A stretch of 64,000 nt of DNA from Haliotis cracherodii (lineage: Eukaryota). This document shows, one piece after another, positions 39,115 through 51,289 of the stretch; position 1 is the stretch's first letter, and every line of letters begins with the position of its first letter. The DNA lies in assembly GCF_022045235.1 (NCBI RefSeq), contig NW_027266271.1, positions 7,316,001 through 7,380,000 on the forward strand. Direction: 5' to 3'. The notes beneath the pieces were generated by a model, which made no database searches, was not told where the DNA came from, and saw nothing but the letters and a program-made list of their open reading frames with translations. A program made the translations under genes and the position numbers.

Positions 39115-39370
39115 AACCGCCGCAATTCGCTGTGCAGAATTGCGTCCCTTGGGTACGTCAGAAACATATGATCGTGTTCGAATCCCAGTATGACTTGGTT
39201 ATGTTTCTAGGTTTGTCAGCACCATACGCGTCCTATTGGGTTTCACCAACGTGGTAAACGTCTGAGACATACATCACATCAAGTGCAACCTACCACATCA
39301 TGCTAACACGTCGTGATATAACCCGGAATACTGTTTGCAAGCGCAAACACAACTCACTCACTCGCTCACT
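39115..39370 (+). mobile_element. SINE family C
   Basis: GTTCGAATCCC B-box, body matching 26965-27200, (ACTC)n tail. Confidence 0.7.
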
Positions 39371-39619
39371 GCTATTCCTAGATTGTACGTAACAACGCCA
39401 TTACTCGCTATGTATCAGCCAGCAGTATGAGAGTCAGGTTGTCGTGGATTCGAACATCAGATTCGCGACCATACTGATCCTTAACGTGTGGGCCCCTTAC
39501 CCGTGCTAATGATTTTCAACCAATGTGGAAAACGTCAACGGCCCTCGTCGTTTTGGCCTTTCCTCCTTCGCCGTTATTTAAATGAAAAACTGTTCAATGG
39601 AGTTACTTACTTACCCAGC

Positions 39620-42550
39620 CTCCCTCCTACCAACCCCCTCTCTCCATCCCTACCTCCTCCTACCTCCCTACCTCTTTACCACTTCTCCCATTCTCCTTCC
39701 ACCCCCGCCCCCACCCTCCACCCCTCCCTCTCCTACACCCCCTCCTCTCCCTCCACCAGTCCAGCTCTTCCTTGCATCCTCTCCCTCTCCTCCATCCAAC
39801 CCCCCCTATCCTCGATTCCACCCCCTCCCCCTACTCCAATCCACCCCCTCCATCTCCTCTATTCCACTCCCCCCTCTCCTCCATTTCACCCCTTCCTCTC
39901 CTCGATTCCACCCCTTCTCTCCTCTATTCCAAGCCCTCCCTCTCCTCCATTCCACCTTCCCCCTTCTCCATTCCACCTTCTACCTCTCCTCCATTCCTAT
40001 CATCCCTCTCCTCCATTCCACCCCCTCCCTCTCCTCCATTCCATATCATCCCTCTCCTCCATTCCACCCCCTCCCTCTCCTCCATTCCACCCCCTCCCAC
40101 TCCTCCATTCCACCTTCTACCTCTCCTCCATTCCACCTTCTACCTCTCCTCCATTCCACCTTCTACCTTTCCTCCATTCCATATCATCCCTCTCCTCCAT
40201 TCCACCCCCTCCCTCTCCTCCATTCCATATCATCCCTCTCCTCCATTCCACCCCCTCCCTTTCCTCCATTCCACCCCTCCCTCTCCTCCATTCCACCCCC
40301 TCCCACTCCTCCATTCCACCTTCTACCTCTCCTCCATTCCACCTTCTACCTTTCCTCCATTCCATATCATACCTCTCCTCCATTCCACCCCTTCTACCTC
40401 TCCTCCATTCCACCTTCTACCTCTCCTCCATTCCACCTTCTACCTTTCCTCCATTCCATATCATCCCTCTCCTCCATTCCACCTTCTACCTCTCCTCCAT
40501 TCCACCTTCTACCTCTCCTCCATTCCACCTTCTGTCTTTCCTCCATTCCATATCATCCCTCTCCTCCATTCCACCTCATCCCACTCCTCCATTCCACCCC
40601 TCCCTCTCCTCCATTCCACCCCTCCCACTCCTCCATTCCACCCCTCCCACTCCTCCATTCCACCTCATCCCGCTCCTCCATTCCACCTCATCCCGCTCCT
40701 CCATTCCACCTCATCCCACTCCTCCATTCCACCCCTCCCACTCCTCCATTCCACCTCATCCCGCTCCTCCATTCCACCTCATCCCGCTCCTCCATTCCAC
40801 CTCATCCCACTCCTCCATTCCACCCCTCCCACTCCTCCATTCCACCTCATCCCACTCCTCCATTCCACCCCTCCCTCTCCTCCATTCCACCCCTCCCACT
40901 CCTCCATTCCACCCCTCCCACTCCTCCATTCCACCTCATCCCACTCCTCCATTCCACCCCTCCCACTCCTCCATTCCACCTCATCCCACTCCTCCATTCC
41001 ACCCCTCCCTCTCCTCCATTCCACCCCTCCCACTCCTCCATTCCACCCCTCCCACTCCTCCATTCCACCTCATCCCGCTCCTCCATTCCACCTCATCCCG
41101 CTCCTCCATTCCACCTCATCCCACTCCTCCATTCCACCCCTCCCACTCCTCCATTCCACCTCATCCCGCTCCTCCATTCCACCTCATCCCGCTCCTCCAT
41201 TCCACCTCATCCCACTCCTCCATTCCACCCCTCCCACTCCTCCATTCCACCTCATCCCACTCCTCCATTCCACCCCTCCCTCTCCTCCATTCCACCCCTC
41301 CCACTCCTCCATTCCACCCCTCCCACTCCTCCATTCCACCCCTCCCACTCCTCCATTCCACCTCATCCCACTCCTCCATTCCACCTCATCCCGCTCCTCC
41401 ATTCCACCTCATCCCACTCCTCCATTCCACCCCTCCCACTCCTCCATTCCACCTCATCCCGCTCCTCCATTCCACCTCATCCCACTCCTCCATTCCACCT
41501 CTCCCACTCCTCCATTCCACCTCATCCCACTCCTCCATTCCACCTCATCCCGCTCCTCCATTCCACCTCTCCCACTCCTCCATTCCACCTCTCCCACTCC
41601 TCCATTCCACCCCTCCCACTCCTCCATTCCACCTCATCCCGCTCCTCCATTCCACCTCATCCCACTCCTCCATTCCACCCCTCCCACTCCTCCATTCCAC
41701 CTCATCCCGCTCCTCCATTCCACCTCATCCCACTCCTCCATTCCACCCCTCCCACTCCTCCATTCCACCTCATCCCGCTCCTCCATTCCACCTCATCCCA
41801 CTCCTCCATTCCACCCCTCCCACTCCTCCATTCCACCTCATCCCGCTCCTCCATTCCACCTCATCCCACTCCTCCATTCCACCCCTCCCACTCCTCCATT
41901 CCACCTCATCCCGCTCCTCCATTCCACCTCATCCCACTCCTCCATTCCACCCCTCCCACTCCTCCATTCCACCTCATCCCGCTCCTCCATTCCACCTCAT
42001 CCCACTCCTCCATTCCACCCCTCCCACTCCTCCATTCCACCTCATCCCGCTCCTCCATTCCACCTCATCCCACTCCTCCATTCCACCTCATCCCACTCCT
42101 CCATTCCACCCCTCCCTCTCCTCCATTCCACCTCATCCCACTCCTCCATTCCATATCATCCTACTCCTCCATTCCACCCCTCCCACTCCTCCATTCCACC
42201 CCTCCCACTGCTCCATTTCACCCCTACCACTCCTCCATTCCACCCCCTCCCACTCCTCGATTTCACCCCTCCCTCTCCTCCATTCCACCTCATCCCTTTC
42301 CTCCATTCCACCCCTACCTCTCCTCCATTCCACCACCTCCCTCTCCTCCATTCCAACCAATCTCCTCCATTCCACCCCTTCCTCTCCTCCATTCCACCCC
42401 CTCCCTCTCCTCCATTCCACCTCATCCCTCTTCTCCATTCCAACCCCACCCTCTCCTCCATTCCACCCCCTCACTCTCCTCCAAACCACCCCATCCCTCT
42501 CCTCCATTCCACCTCCTCCCTCTCCTCCATTCCACCTCCCTCCTCCGCCT
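39620..42550. repeat. ~2.9-kb pyrimidine-rich satellite, 22/23-bp units with CTCCTCCATTCCAC core
   Basis: CTCCTCCATTCCACCCCTCCCA and CTCCTCCATTCCACCTCATCCC(A/G) variants; G almost absent from the + strand. Confidence 0.95.
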
Positions 42551-44111
42551 CTCATTGATCACCAACACATCTCTCGATTCCACGTAATTACATCCCGACG
42601 GTGCGGATCGTTCATCACGCTTTCAACCACTCGTTTATTTGTCACCAGTTCACAAGTCACCGTGACATAGCTGGTTGTAATTATTGTTTTTAGTTAAGAA
42701 AAGAAGAAAGCAACATCCCAGTGCTGTGACATACGATCATCTTCAAACATTTGCCTTGTGATGTTATAACTACTCTTAAAAATATTTGCATTACATATTA
42801 TTAATTACTTCTTCATGTTCTTGTTATACCTTTTAAATTACAAAAATAAGATTAACGTTTTTCATATGAAGATAAAAAAGCGCAGATTTTATTATTTTAA
42901 ATTTGGGGAACTATTATGTAAGGATATAAATATTTCCTTTTGAAGTCATTTCCGTGTATCTTGTTTCGTTGATTGGGTCCGCTTTTAAAGAGTAACATGA
43001 ATAACACAACCGAGCAATGAAACGTTGATGTGCATGGACTAAAACATGTGACGACCGCACTAAATGGCATGTTATCAACGATGTAATTAAACTGTGATAT
43101 CTATTTCAAACAGATCGGGATAAAGCTGACTAAGAGTTTCTGATAAATTGCCACTTTACATATTTATTGCTGTTAATCGATTTCAAATAAATTGTTAGTA
43201 TTTAGTTTTAGCATCATCACCATGGAAACACATGCGTATTTCATAACAAGCCAATTAGGCAAAGTTTGATTGAGTTGCGCAGAGGCAACCGCGACAGGCC
43301 TGGTCGGATAATGGAATGTTGATCATTGTCTTTGATCTTACGAAATACTCATCGAACAAAATCAACGTCACTTGGAAATATGAGTTTTGTTTTCGAGTTA
43401 TTTATCAGCGATCTGATAACCTAATAAATGTTAGTTGATTTTTTACATCAAAATAACCAACAGATATGGTTTCTTCATGACACTGCTATGCTGGAACATG
43501 ACAAATCCATATTCATGACGTACACATATCAGTCATGACACAGAGGCCTGTGTTTATGTATCATAGTATGAAACCCGCTTTTTGTGTAAAATGTTTTATG
43601 TACCGTTCTTGACTTGTTACGACATCGCATGTCTTTGGGTGTGGTAGTTTGTTTGTGAATGTGATACGAGTAGGTCTATTTTTGGATATACGTATATCTA
43701 AATAGGTTAATATAACATTTTGTTTGGTGAGGAAAAATATATGTGTTGTTCTGGCGTATGGTTGGTATAGCAAGTCATTTACAAACAGTCACAATTAGTA
43801 TGGTGAAAGTCAAAGGAAACCTGTTGACATCATTGGGTGGAATGATTGAAGTCAAAAGACGAAAGTGTGTTGAATTAAGTCCAGAGTAGACAGTCAAACT
43901 ATTTCCGGAAATAAATCAGGATTACCCCTGATCGATGACGTAATAGTAATACGTGAATAACATCTTTGACAGTGATCATTCGTTAATTACTTCTTGCAAT
44001 GCCAACAAACCAAACTATTCTTACATACAAAAAATATGATGTTATTGTGACTGGCTGTTTTATCGGTAGTTGGAAACTACTACCATCACTTCTATTAGTA
44101 CTAGATGCTGC

Positions 44112-45018
44112 TGCTACCAGTACCCCTCCCACTACAACTACAACTACCACTACAACTACAATTACAACTACAACTGCAACTACAATTACAACTACCACTA
44201 CAAATACCACTACCACTACCACTACAAGTACAAGTAACACTACCACTACCACTACCCCTACCCCTACCACTACCACTTACCACTTCAATTACAACTACCA
44301 TCACCACCACCATCACCACCACCATCACCACTACCACCACCACCACCACCACTACCACTACCACCACCACTACCAACACAACCGCCACCACCACTATCAC
44401 TACCACTACCACTAACCTTACCCTGACCCTACCACTACCACTACAACTATAACTACCATCACCACCATCAACACTACTACCACTACCACCCCTACCACAA
44501 CCACTACCACCAACACCAACACCACTACCACTACCATCCCCACCATCAATACTACCACCACTACCAACCCTATCACTACCAATACCACCAACACCAACAC
44601 CAACACCAACACCAACACCAACACCACTACCACTACCACCATCACCACTACCACCATCCCGACACCACAACCACTATCATCACTACCACCACGACCACTA
44701 CCACCACCACTACCACTACCACCACTACTACCACCACTACCACCATCACCACTACCACCACCACACTACCAACACCACTACCAACACCACTACCACCAAC
44801 ACTACCACCAACACTACCACTACCACCACTACCACCATCACCACTACCACCACCACACTACCAACACCACTACCAACACCACTACCACCAACACTACCCC
44901 CACTACCATCAACACTACCATCACATCACCACCATCGACACCACCACCACTACCGCCACCGCCACCACCACCACTGCTATCACCACCACCACCACTACCA
45001 CTACCACCACCGCTACTA
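44112..45018. repeat. Compound (ACC/ACT/ACA)n low-complexity trinucleotide tract
   Basis: Seen directly; generates poly-T/H/V ORFs. Confidence 0.95.
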
Positions 45019-45473
45019 AAAAGGATTATATAATTGTCAAGACAAGTGGGAAGGATGGTGCCGTTTTAGTGACTGTTGAGGGTAAATGTGTGGCCCGTTT
45101 CAAACTGATGTACATCTATCCATGGAGATGGGAGATGGAAATATTTAGAGTGAGTGAGTGAGTTTGGGTTAACGCAGCTATATCAGTTGTACCACGGCGT
45201 GGCAACTTTATATAGGAGGATATCCCAAAGTGATGTAGGTCCTAGAAGATCCCCCCCCCCCCCCCCCTCCTTCCCATCCGCAAGTAACCAGACATTCCAA
45301 TACTTCCTGTGTAAAGGGTACAAGGTTTGGGCTACTGAACAAATATATTAGGTAAAAGTATATAAGCACATGATGACAGTTACACCTGGTTCTGATTCTA
45401 TGAAACCTCGTGTAGACTTACACCTCACTCATGTTGTAGCTTATTTACGCAATCAATAGTAGAATGTTTGTTT

Positions 45474-45486
45474 GTTGCCTGGCAAC
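45474..45486. promoter_or_regulatory. Perfect RFX X-box-like palindrome GTTGCCTGGCAAC
   Basis: Exact GTTGCC-N-GGCAAC match; no linked gene identified. Confidence 0.25.
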
Positions 45487-45929
45487 ATCTTATAAGACTT
45501 TTATAACAACTAGACTGATGAATCTGAAATCTGGCTTCTAACAGTCTAGTCAATGCTGCCGGCCTTCTGAAAAAAAATCGGGGTTGAAGAAATAATTAGA
45601 TTTTTGTCTGTTAGTCAATTTATAAAGAATATTGAGATATATGGATATCTTGTTGAGTGTATTTATCTTTAAATATGTATTTTGAATTCAGACCTTGATT
45701 ACATCACATGCTGCAGTGTACATTCTACAGATTGCCATTACCTGAATCATCAGTCATGTTCGTCCTGATAATAAGTCAAAATGCCTGCCATGCCTCAGCT
45801 TTTACGCGCTGACTACGCCCTCGTATTCATTTGTCCCAAAACCTTATAACCATAGATACACGTCAGAGTCAAAGATATTTATTGCATGTAACAAAGGAGT
45901 TACATGCACGTAGTTTGGGATATATACTA

Positions 45930-46500
45930 ATGTTAAACAATGTGTTTCTGAGAGAAATTGCATTTTGAACATATATAGCCAGTTTTAACATGATGGCATG
46001 ATCTTTTGAAGAGAGAAGAGAAATAAAAGCAGATACATGATAATTTGACACATAGCGTTCTGGTATAAATTGTTTCTTTGATCACAATAATAAGGACATA
46101 CAAAAGTAAAATGAATTTCATTTTCTGTAGCTGAATGACATAACGGGCATAACCTCTTCGACGTTTCTTCCTTCATTTATCATAAGATCTTACAATCATA
46201 GCCTAAACTGAATAAAAGAGTTCTTGATGTTAATATAGATAAGTATTTTTCTGGTTGAATAAGACTCTTAAAAGTTCTATACAAGTCATAACATGAACTG
46301 TTTTATACAGTGGAATGCCATTCTTGGCGAAACATATTTATAGATTGTTCACGAACTTGTTTCAAAAAGAGTTTGATTTAACCATACAAAGCCGTAGCTA
46401 TGAGAAAACAAAAGGTGTATTATATGTGATGCCCATGTTACTTGGCCCATGTTATAAAAACGAACAAGCATATTATAAGCAAGTTTGGGGTTGCGGCATT
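45930..46500 (-). mobile_element. LINE 3' fragment
   Basis: AYNMLVRFYNMGQVTWASHI..YGFVWLNQ and RLCPLCHSATENEIHFTFVCPYY. Confidence 0.8.
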
Positions 46501-46596
46501 CATGCATTCCAAGAATGTGCAGATTTGCGTCCCATTGGCACCCTGGAAACCTACGATCGTTGGTTCGACAATTGGAGCACATTTCCAAATTTGACA

Positions 46597-46740
46597 GGGT
46601 AGCCAAGTGTTTAAAGCATTCACTCGTCCTGCTAAAGGCCAGGATTCGATTCCTCACCAGGGTAAAATGTGTGAATCCCCTTTATCGTGTCCCTCGTCGT
46701 GATTTTGCTGGAATATTGCTAAAAGCGACATAAAACCCTA
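46597..46740 (+). mobile_element. Short tRNA-derived SINE family D
   Basis: GGGTAGCCAAGTG A-box, GATTCGATTCC B-box, GCTGGAATATTGCTAAAAGCG tail; reverse copy at 60798-60950. Confidence 0.7.
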
Positions 46741-47859
46741 CTTGGATAAGAAAAAAAAGTGTTTCTTAGCGAGATTCTTATCTTGGATATGAGGTCAATA
46801 CACGTTAACCACCATGCCGCCCACCTGTATTCCCAGGAACACCTATATACACCGAGGTTCTGTGGCCTGGCTGATTACGTACACACAGTGCACCGATAGC
46901 GTGGATCTTGACTCATGCCTTCAGGGATTTGCCAGGTCCAGACTCGAACATCCACAGGCCGTAGTGATATGGCAGCAACTTGTGACTGCGGTGTAATCGT
47001 TCACTACCATCACTCCGTACACTGCACCAAAAAACTAAAAAACTCCCAAAACACACAGAAAACCTATTAACTATTGACTGCTGTCAGCAACTACATTATA
47101 TAGCTGCTCTTGTTGATATCTAAGCACTGATTCAATAAGTGTAAGTATGGATAACCAGGAGAGCTACACTGCTTGGCCCTACCAAACATCCACAAGGTTT
47201 GTGCAAATAACTGCTTAACTGTTGGTAAATCCATTAACTGTAACCGAATGAGTATCCTTTCTCATCCAGTTCCTCTGACCTTCCACTGGTAATTTTGTAT
47301 CGTGTGTCGGTCTGGAGGGGATAGCGGCGAGACTTATGATGCTGTGTCCGCGACCTTTAGATTCCCCACACCTGGTCAGAACTCCGTGGCTCAGGGGACG
47401 ACCTGGCCCACAGTTTATTGATCGTTCCACATAGATGTTTCTCGGGCAAAACACAGAAATGCCACATGTAAATAAGAGCCTGCTAATTATGTTATCACAA
47501 AATATTTAACTGACGATTTGATGATAAGTACGAATTCTAGAATGACTTTGAAAAATGCTCGATTCTAATTGGTCAACCTGAGGTCTCAAATCACTTCGGA
47601 TAAATTATCTTTCAATAGGTTCTTCTTTCTGAATACAGTGTGGGTCATTTTGAAATAGTGTGTGTACAACTGTGCGTTCGGTTCCAAATTCAATGGTGCC
47701 GTCAAAACTGCATGTGGACATAGTTCTGCATTGAAAACAGCAAGCGGGTTTATCTCCTTACTGCTTCCGTTATGACTCTCTGGAAGCATGGCGAACAAAT
47801 GATAACCAAATATTCACTTTCATCTGTGAAAATATAACTTATAACATTATTTATATTTA

Positions 47860-48085
47860 TTTTTTGTTTTACGCCGCAATATCCCAGCTATGTGACGGCG
47901 GTCTGTAAATAATCGAATATGGAGCAGACAATCCAGTGATTGATACCATGAACAACGATGTACGCAATTTGGGAAACGATGACATGCATCAACCAAGACA
48001 CAGACCCTGACCACCCGATCCCGTTAGTTGCCTCTTGCGACAAGCATAACTTGCTGGAGAAATTCTAACCCGTACTTTCAGGGTT
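47860..48085 (-). mobile_element. SINE family B (HaSE-like)
   Basis: GGCGGTCTGTAAATAATCGA..ATCCAGTGATTGA..CCTGACCACCCGATCCCGTTAG; reverse of 10768-10945. Confidence 0.75.
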
Positions 48086-48278
48086 ACTAAACATTATGAC
48101 AAAGCATTCACATATTGCAAATGTCATTTTCACAGTATCGGGAATCCATTTTCTATTAATAGTAAAATACATGCTTGGGACACTTGGACCTGCATCACCT
48201 CGGGCTGTCCTTCCACATCAAACTGCCGTGTTGATGTAACCGAGATACAGTTCAAGGGCGTCGTTGAACCAAAGTCAC

Positions 48279-48410
48279 TCACTCAGTCATTATTACAAGG
48301 AGGTTTATATAAATTATATAAACCTCCTTGCAATAACGACTGAGTGACGCATTTGGCTAGTGATCTTGCAATATAATTTATATTGCAAGATCACTAGCCA
48401 AATCCGTCAC
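48279..48410. repeat. Two abutting near-perfect palindromes (48279-48347 and 48344-48410)
   Basis: 34-bp arms with 2 mismatches and 33-bp arms with 1 mismatch, each with a 1-nt centre. Confidence 0.9.
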
Positions 48411-49490
48411 GGTACAGCATTACTACAATCGATCGTCAACAGCAGTGACAGTGACCATGCCCCACATTGACCATACTAGTGTAATGCTTCAACAGCCGTA
48501 TCGATTGGTCAGCAAGTATACACATGGCAACTAACTGGAATAGTGTTTGTGGTTTTAGTCACACTCGTAAAAGCTTGCACAAAAACATTTAGTCATCGTT
48601 AGCGTCTAATTGCTGCTATATTTAGATGGCGCCGTGAAGCGCCGTGAAAGTTGGCATTAGGGAATTTGGTCCTTGCTTACACACAAATGTTTTTTCTTAT
48701 CAAATCGATACGGTCATTTTGGTAATTTACCAACCCATATTGTTAAACTCCCTCATATGGATTGTCATACAGAGAAAATGCGAATTCATTTACATGCATT
48801 TAAAACAATAAGTCTTCGGTTCTCTATAAAGTGAAACTACGTTTCAATATTTCAGATAGAATAACTTCTTCACCCTCGTAGTTTGCGTTGCCAAAAGATA
48901 TATGTTAGGGGTTTTGTTGTCAATTATTTACCGCATGGCTGTTCAGTGGCCTGAGGCTGCAACCCTCGCCGTGTAGAGTCGTGTCCCTTCATTACCAAAC
49001 ACGGTCTGTTGCATATTGGATTAACTCCCAGAGTTCCAGCGCCATATCCGTTTTCCTGGGTTTCATCAAAGTAGAACATATCAACGATCAACATCACTTT
49101 CTTGACCTGAACGCTGGTATTGATACAGCCGTATCAATGCATCTGTTCATTTACCTGTCATAAAAAGAAATGTGTGCTGAATGTGTTCATTCCTCTAATA
49201 ATTAAATTTTTGTTGTGTTCATTGAAATTCCTGTATTCTGTTAAGCTGAATTGGTCACGCATTATTGCATTCGTTTCCCAATGAATGTGAAAAATGAAGG
49301 TACGCCCACTGAGGCGCACTACTTTTATTACTTCGGAATGTCGGGGAATCCCAATATAACAGTCGAGGGAATTCCCTTTCTGCTCACGTGTATCATCATA
49401 CACAGGACATTTAGCGACTTTCATGCATATTCATTGTCCAAACAACCCTTTGGAACCGAAGGCCGAGAATGAATGAGACAGCAAACGTAC

Positions 49491-50024
49491 CATCTCCACG
49501 AGGCAAGGGAGTTAACTGACCATAAAAGTCCAGTTTCCACCCTTGCCGAACTAGGCTGGTATTATGGAGTTACATTTTGGCTGGACTAACGAGTCTATGC
49601 ATAGTCCAATTAAAATCGCCCAATGAAATCGAAATCCAGTCATGCAGATTTTGGTCGACTGCAGGATTTGCAAAGCATGTGCACAACCAACTCGTTGTCA
49701 ACAGATATTTTCAAAATCTCTTCAGGTTTTCAATCAAGGTCCTCACGTAATTTGATGCACTTCGCGATGTAAGATCCGTTTTATCACAACATAGATCTTG
49801 ATTATCGACCAGATCTTCTTGACTGGGCGCCGCCATTTTGTTTGAAGCAAATGCAAGTGATACGAGAGGTGGAATCTGATTGGTCCATAGGAGAGGCGTA
49901 GAAGGGACATAACTCGTAATAGCCACTGGTGGCGCTACGATCGAGCCCAGGAATTCCAGCCTAGTTCGGCAAGGGTGGAAACTGGACTTTTAAAGTCAGT
50001 TAACTCTTTTGCCTCGTGAAGATG
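49491..50024 (-). mobile_element. 534-bp non-autonomous TIR DNA transposon with 9-bp TSD (Mutator-like geometry)
   Basis: 69-bp TIRs 49491-49559 and 49956-50024; flanks CAAACGTAC (49482-90) and CAAACGTGC (50025-33). Confidence 0.8.
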
Positions 50025-50085
50025 CAAACGTGCAGGCTCGCTCGCCTATTTTTTCCCGCTGGACTCGGTTCAACTTTCATGTCTT

Positions 50086-50231
50086 CGGGTTTCATCTTCT
50101 AACTAGCGTTTTTCCACCTGTGTTTTACTGTAATCAAGGAAGTAATATTGGAACCTGGCGGGTTTCATCTTCTAACTATCATTTTCCCAACCGTGTTTTA
50201 CCGTAATCAGGGAAGTAATGTTTTAATCTGG
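50086..50231. repeat. 73-bp tandem duplication
   Basis: CGGGTTTCATCTTCTAACTA..GGAAGTAAT..CTGG starts at 50086 and 50159. Confidence 0.8.
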
Positions 50232-50592
50232 CAGTAACTGACCATGTAATTTGAAACAGCCGCCTTCTCCCGGACATATTTCTTCCGGTTCGTTAGCCTG
50301 ACTGTTGCAGTTCTTTTGCCCCTTGCCTTAATTGACAGGTCCAATGAACATTGTTTTGATCATACTCTCCGTTGATTGGCTACTGACTGTAGGCATGTCA
50401 AGTTTTGTGAATAAATTAAACGATCACCTGATTAATGTCACGCCACAGTATGTATTCCTACACTTGGAATGTTTATCAGTCTCGTCATTATTTATGTCTG
50501 TTTTGATATATCCAACTGTTTTTGGTTAAACTATTGTGGATAAAACATTTTTTAAGTTGTCGAATTTAATTATAAGCATTGTCTGTGTAATA

Positions 50593-50778
50593 GAAAAACC
50601 GATGTGCAAACCTTTGTAAGAATCCGTTACGCGGATTCATACAGTTTGCACATCGGTTTTTCGAGTCATACCTGCAAGAACCGAAAAAATAAACACGCGG
50701 ATTCTTACAAAAGTTTGCACATCGTTTTTTCGATTCACACCTCAATGAACCGAAAATAATACACAGTCAATCCTTAAA
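50593..50778. mobile_element. Foldback MITE-like element with duplicated right arm
   Basis: GAAAAACCGATGTGCAAAC (50593-611) is complementary to 50644-662 and again to ~50713-731. Confidence 0.6.
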
Positions 50779-51289
50779 TCAACGAAATGATATTGGCAGT
50801 ATATCAGTCGAAATCACTGTCTGTATTTGTACACATGCCCTAGAAATAAGTACCATTTAGTTTAAGATATGACATAGTAGTGCTTGATGCGTAAAATGTA
50901 TCACTCCTGTTTTCAACTAATAAATATATTGCCTGAACGTCATGCGCATCAGAATAACCTCATTTCCGCCGTCGACGTCGAAACTCCATGAAGGCATAAC
51001 AATAAGCTGGAAATTCCTTTCTTATTTTTGTTAAAGTGTGATTTATTTTCAAGAGATTTATTTTCAAGAGATTGCTGCTGACTGAACATGGGGTCCGTGA
51101 CTTGCAGGAACTGACTTGTTTGTGTGTGTGTTCCATCATCTCCCGCCACTGTATGTCAAGGATTAAAACTGTTCCCCCATATATCACACATGGTATTGCT
51201 GACCTTTTGCAGGTCTCATTGACATATATCAGCTTTAGGTAGAAAGATTTGCTGTTGTAGATTTAATCGTGGTGGAGGCAATAATGCTT

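Noticed and set aside
39488-42670. 928-1060-aa Pro/Ser/His-rich ORFs resembling extensin or shell-matrix proteins
   Set aside because: All three + frames are open because a 22/23-bp C/T satellite lacks stop codons; unit lengths are not multiples of 3
43983-44670. Poly-Thr/His/Val/Gly ORFs resembling mucins
   Set aside because: Trinucleotide low-complexity tract open in several frames, with no convincing splice context
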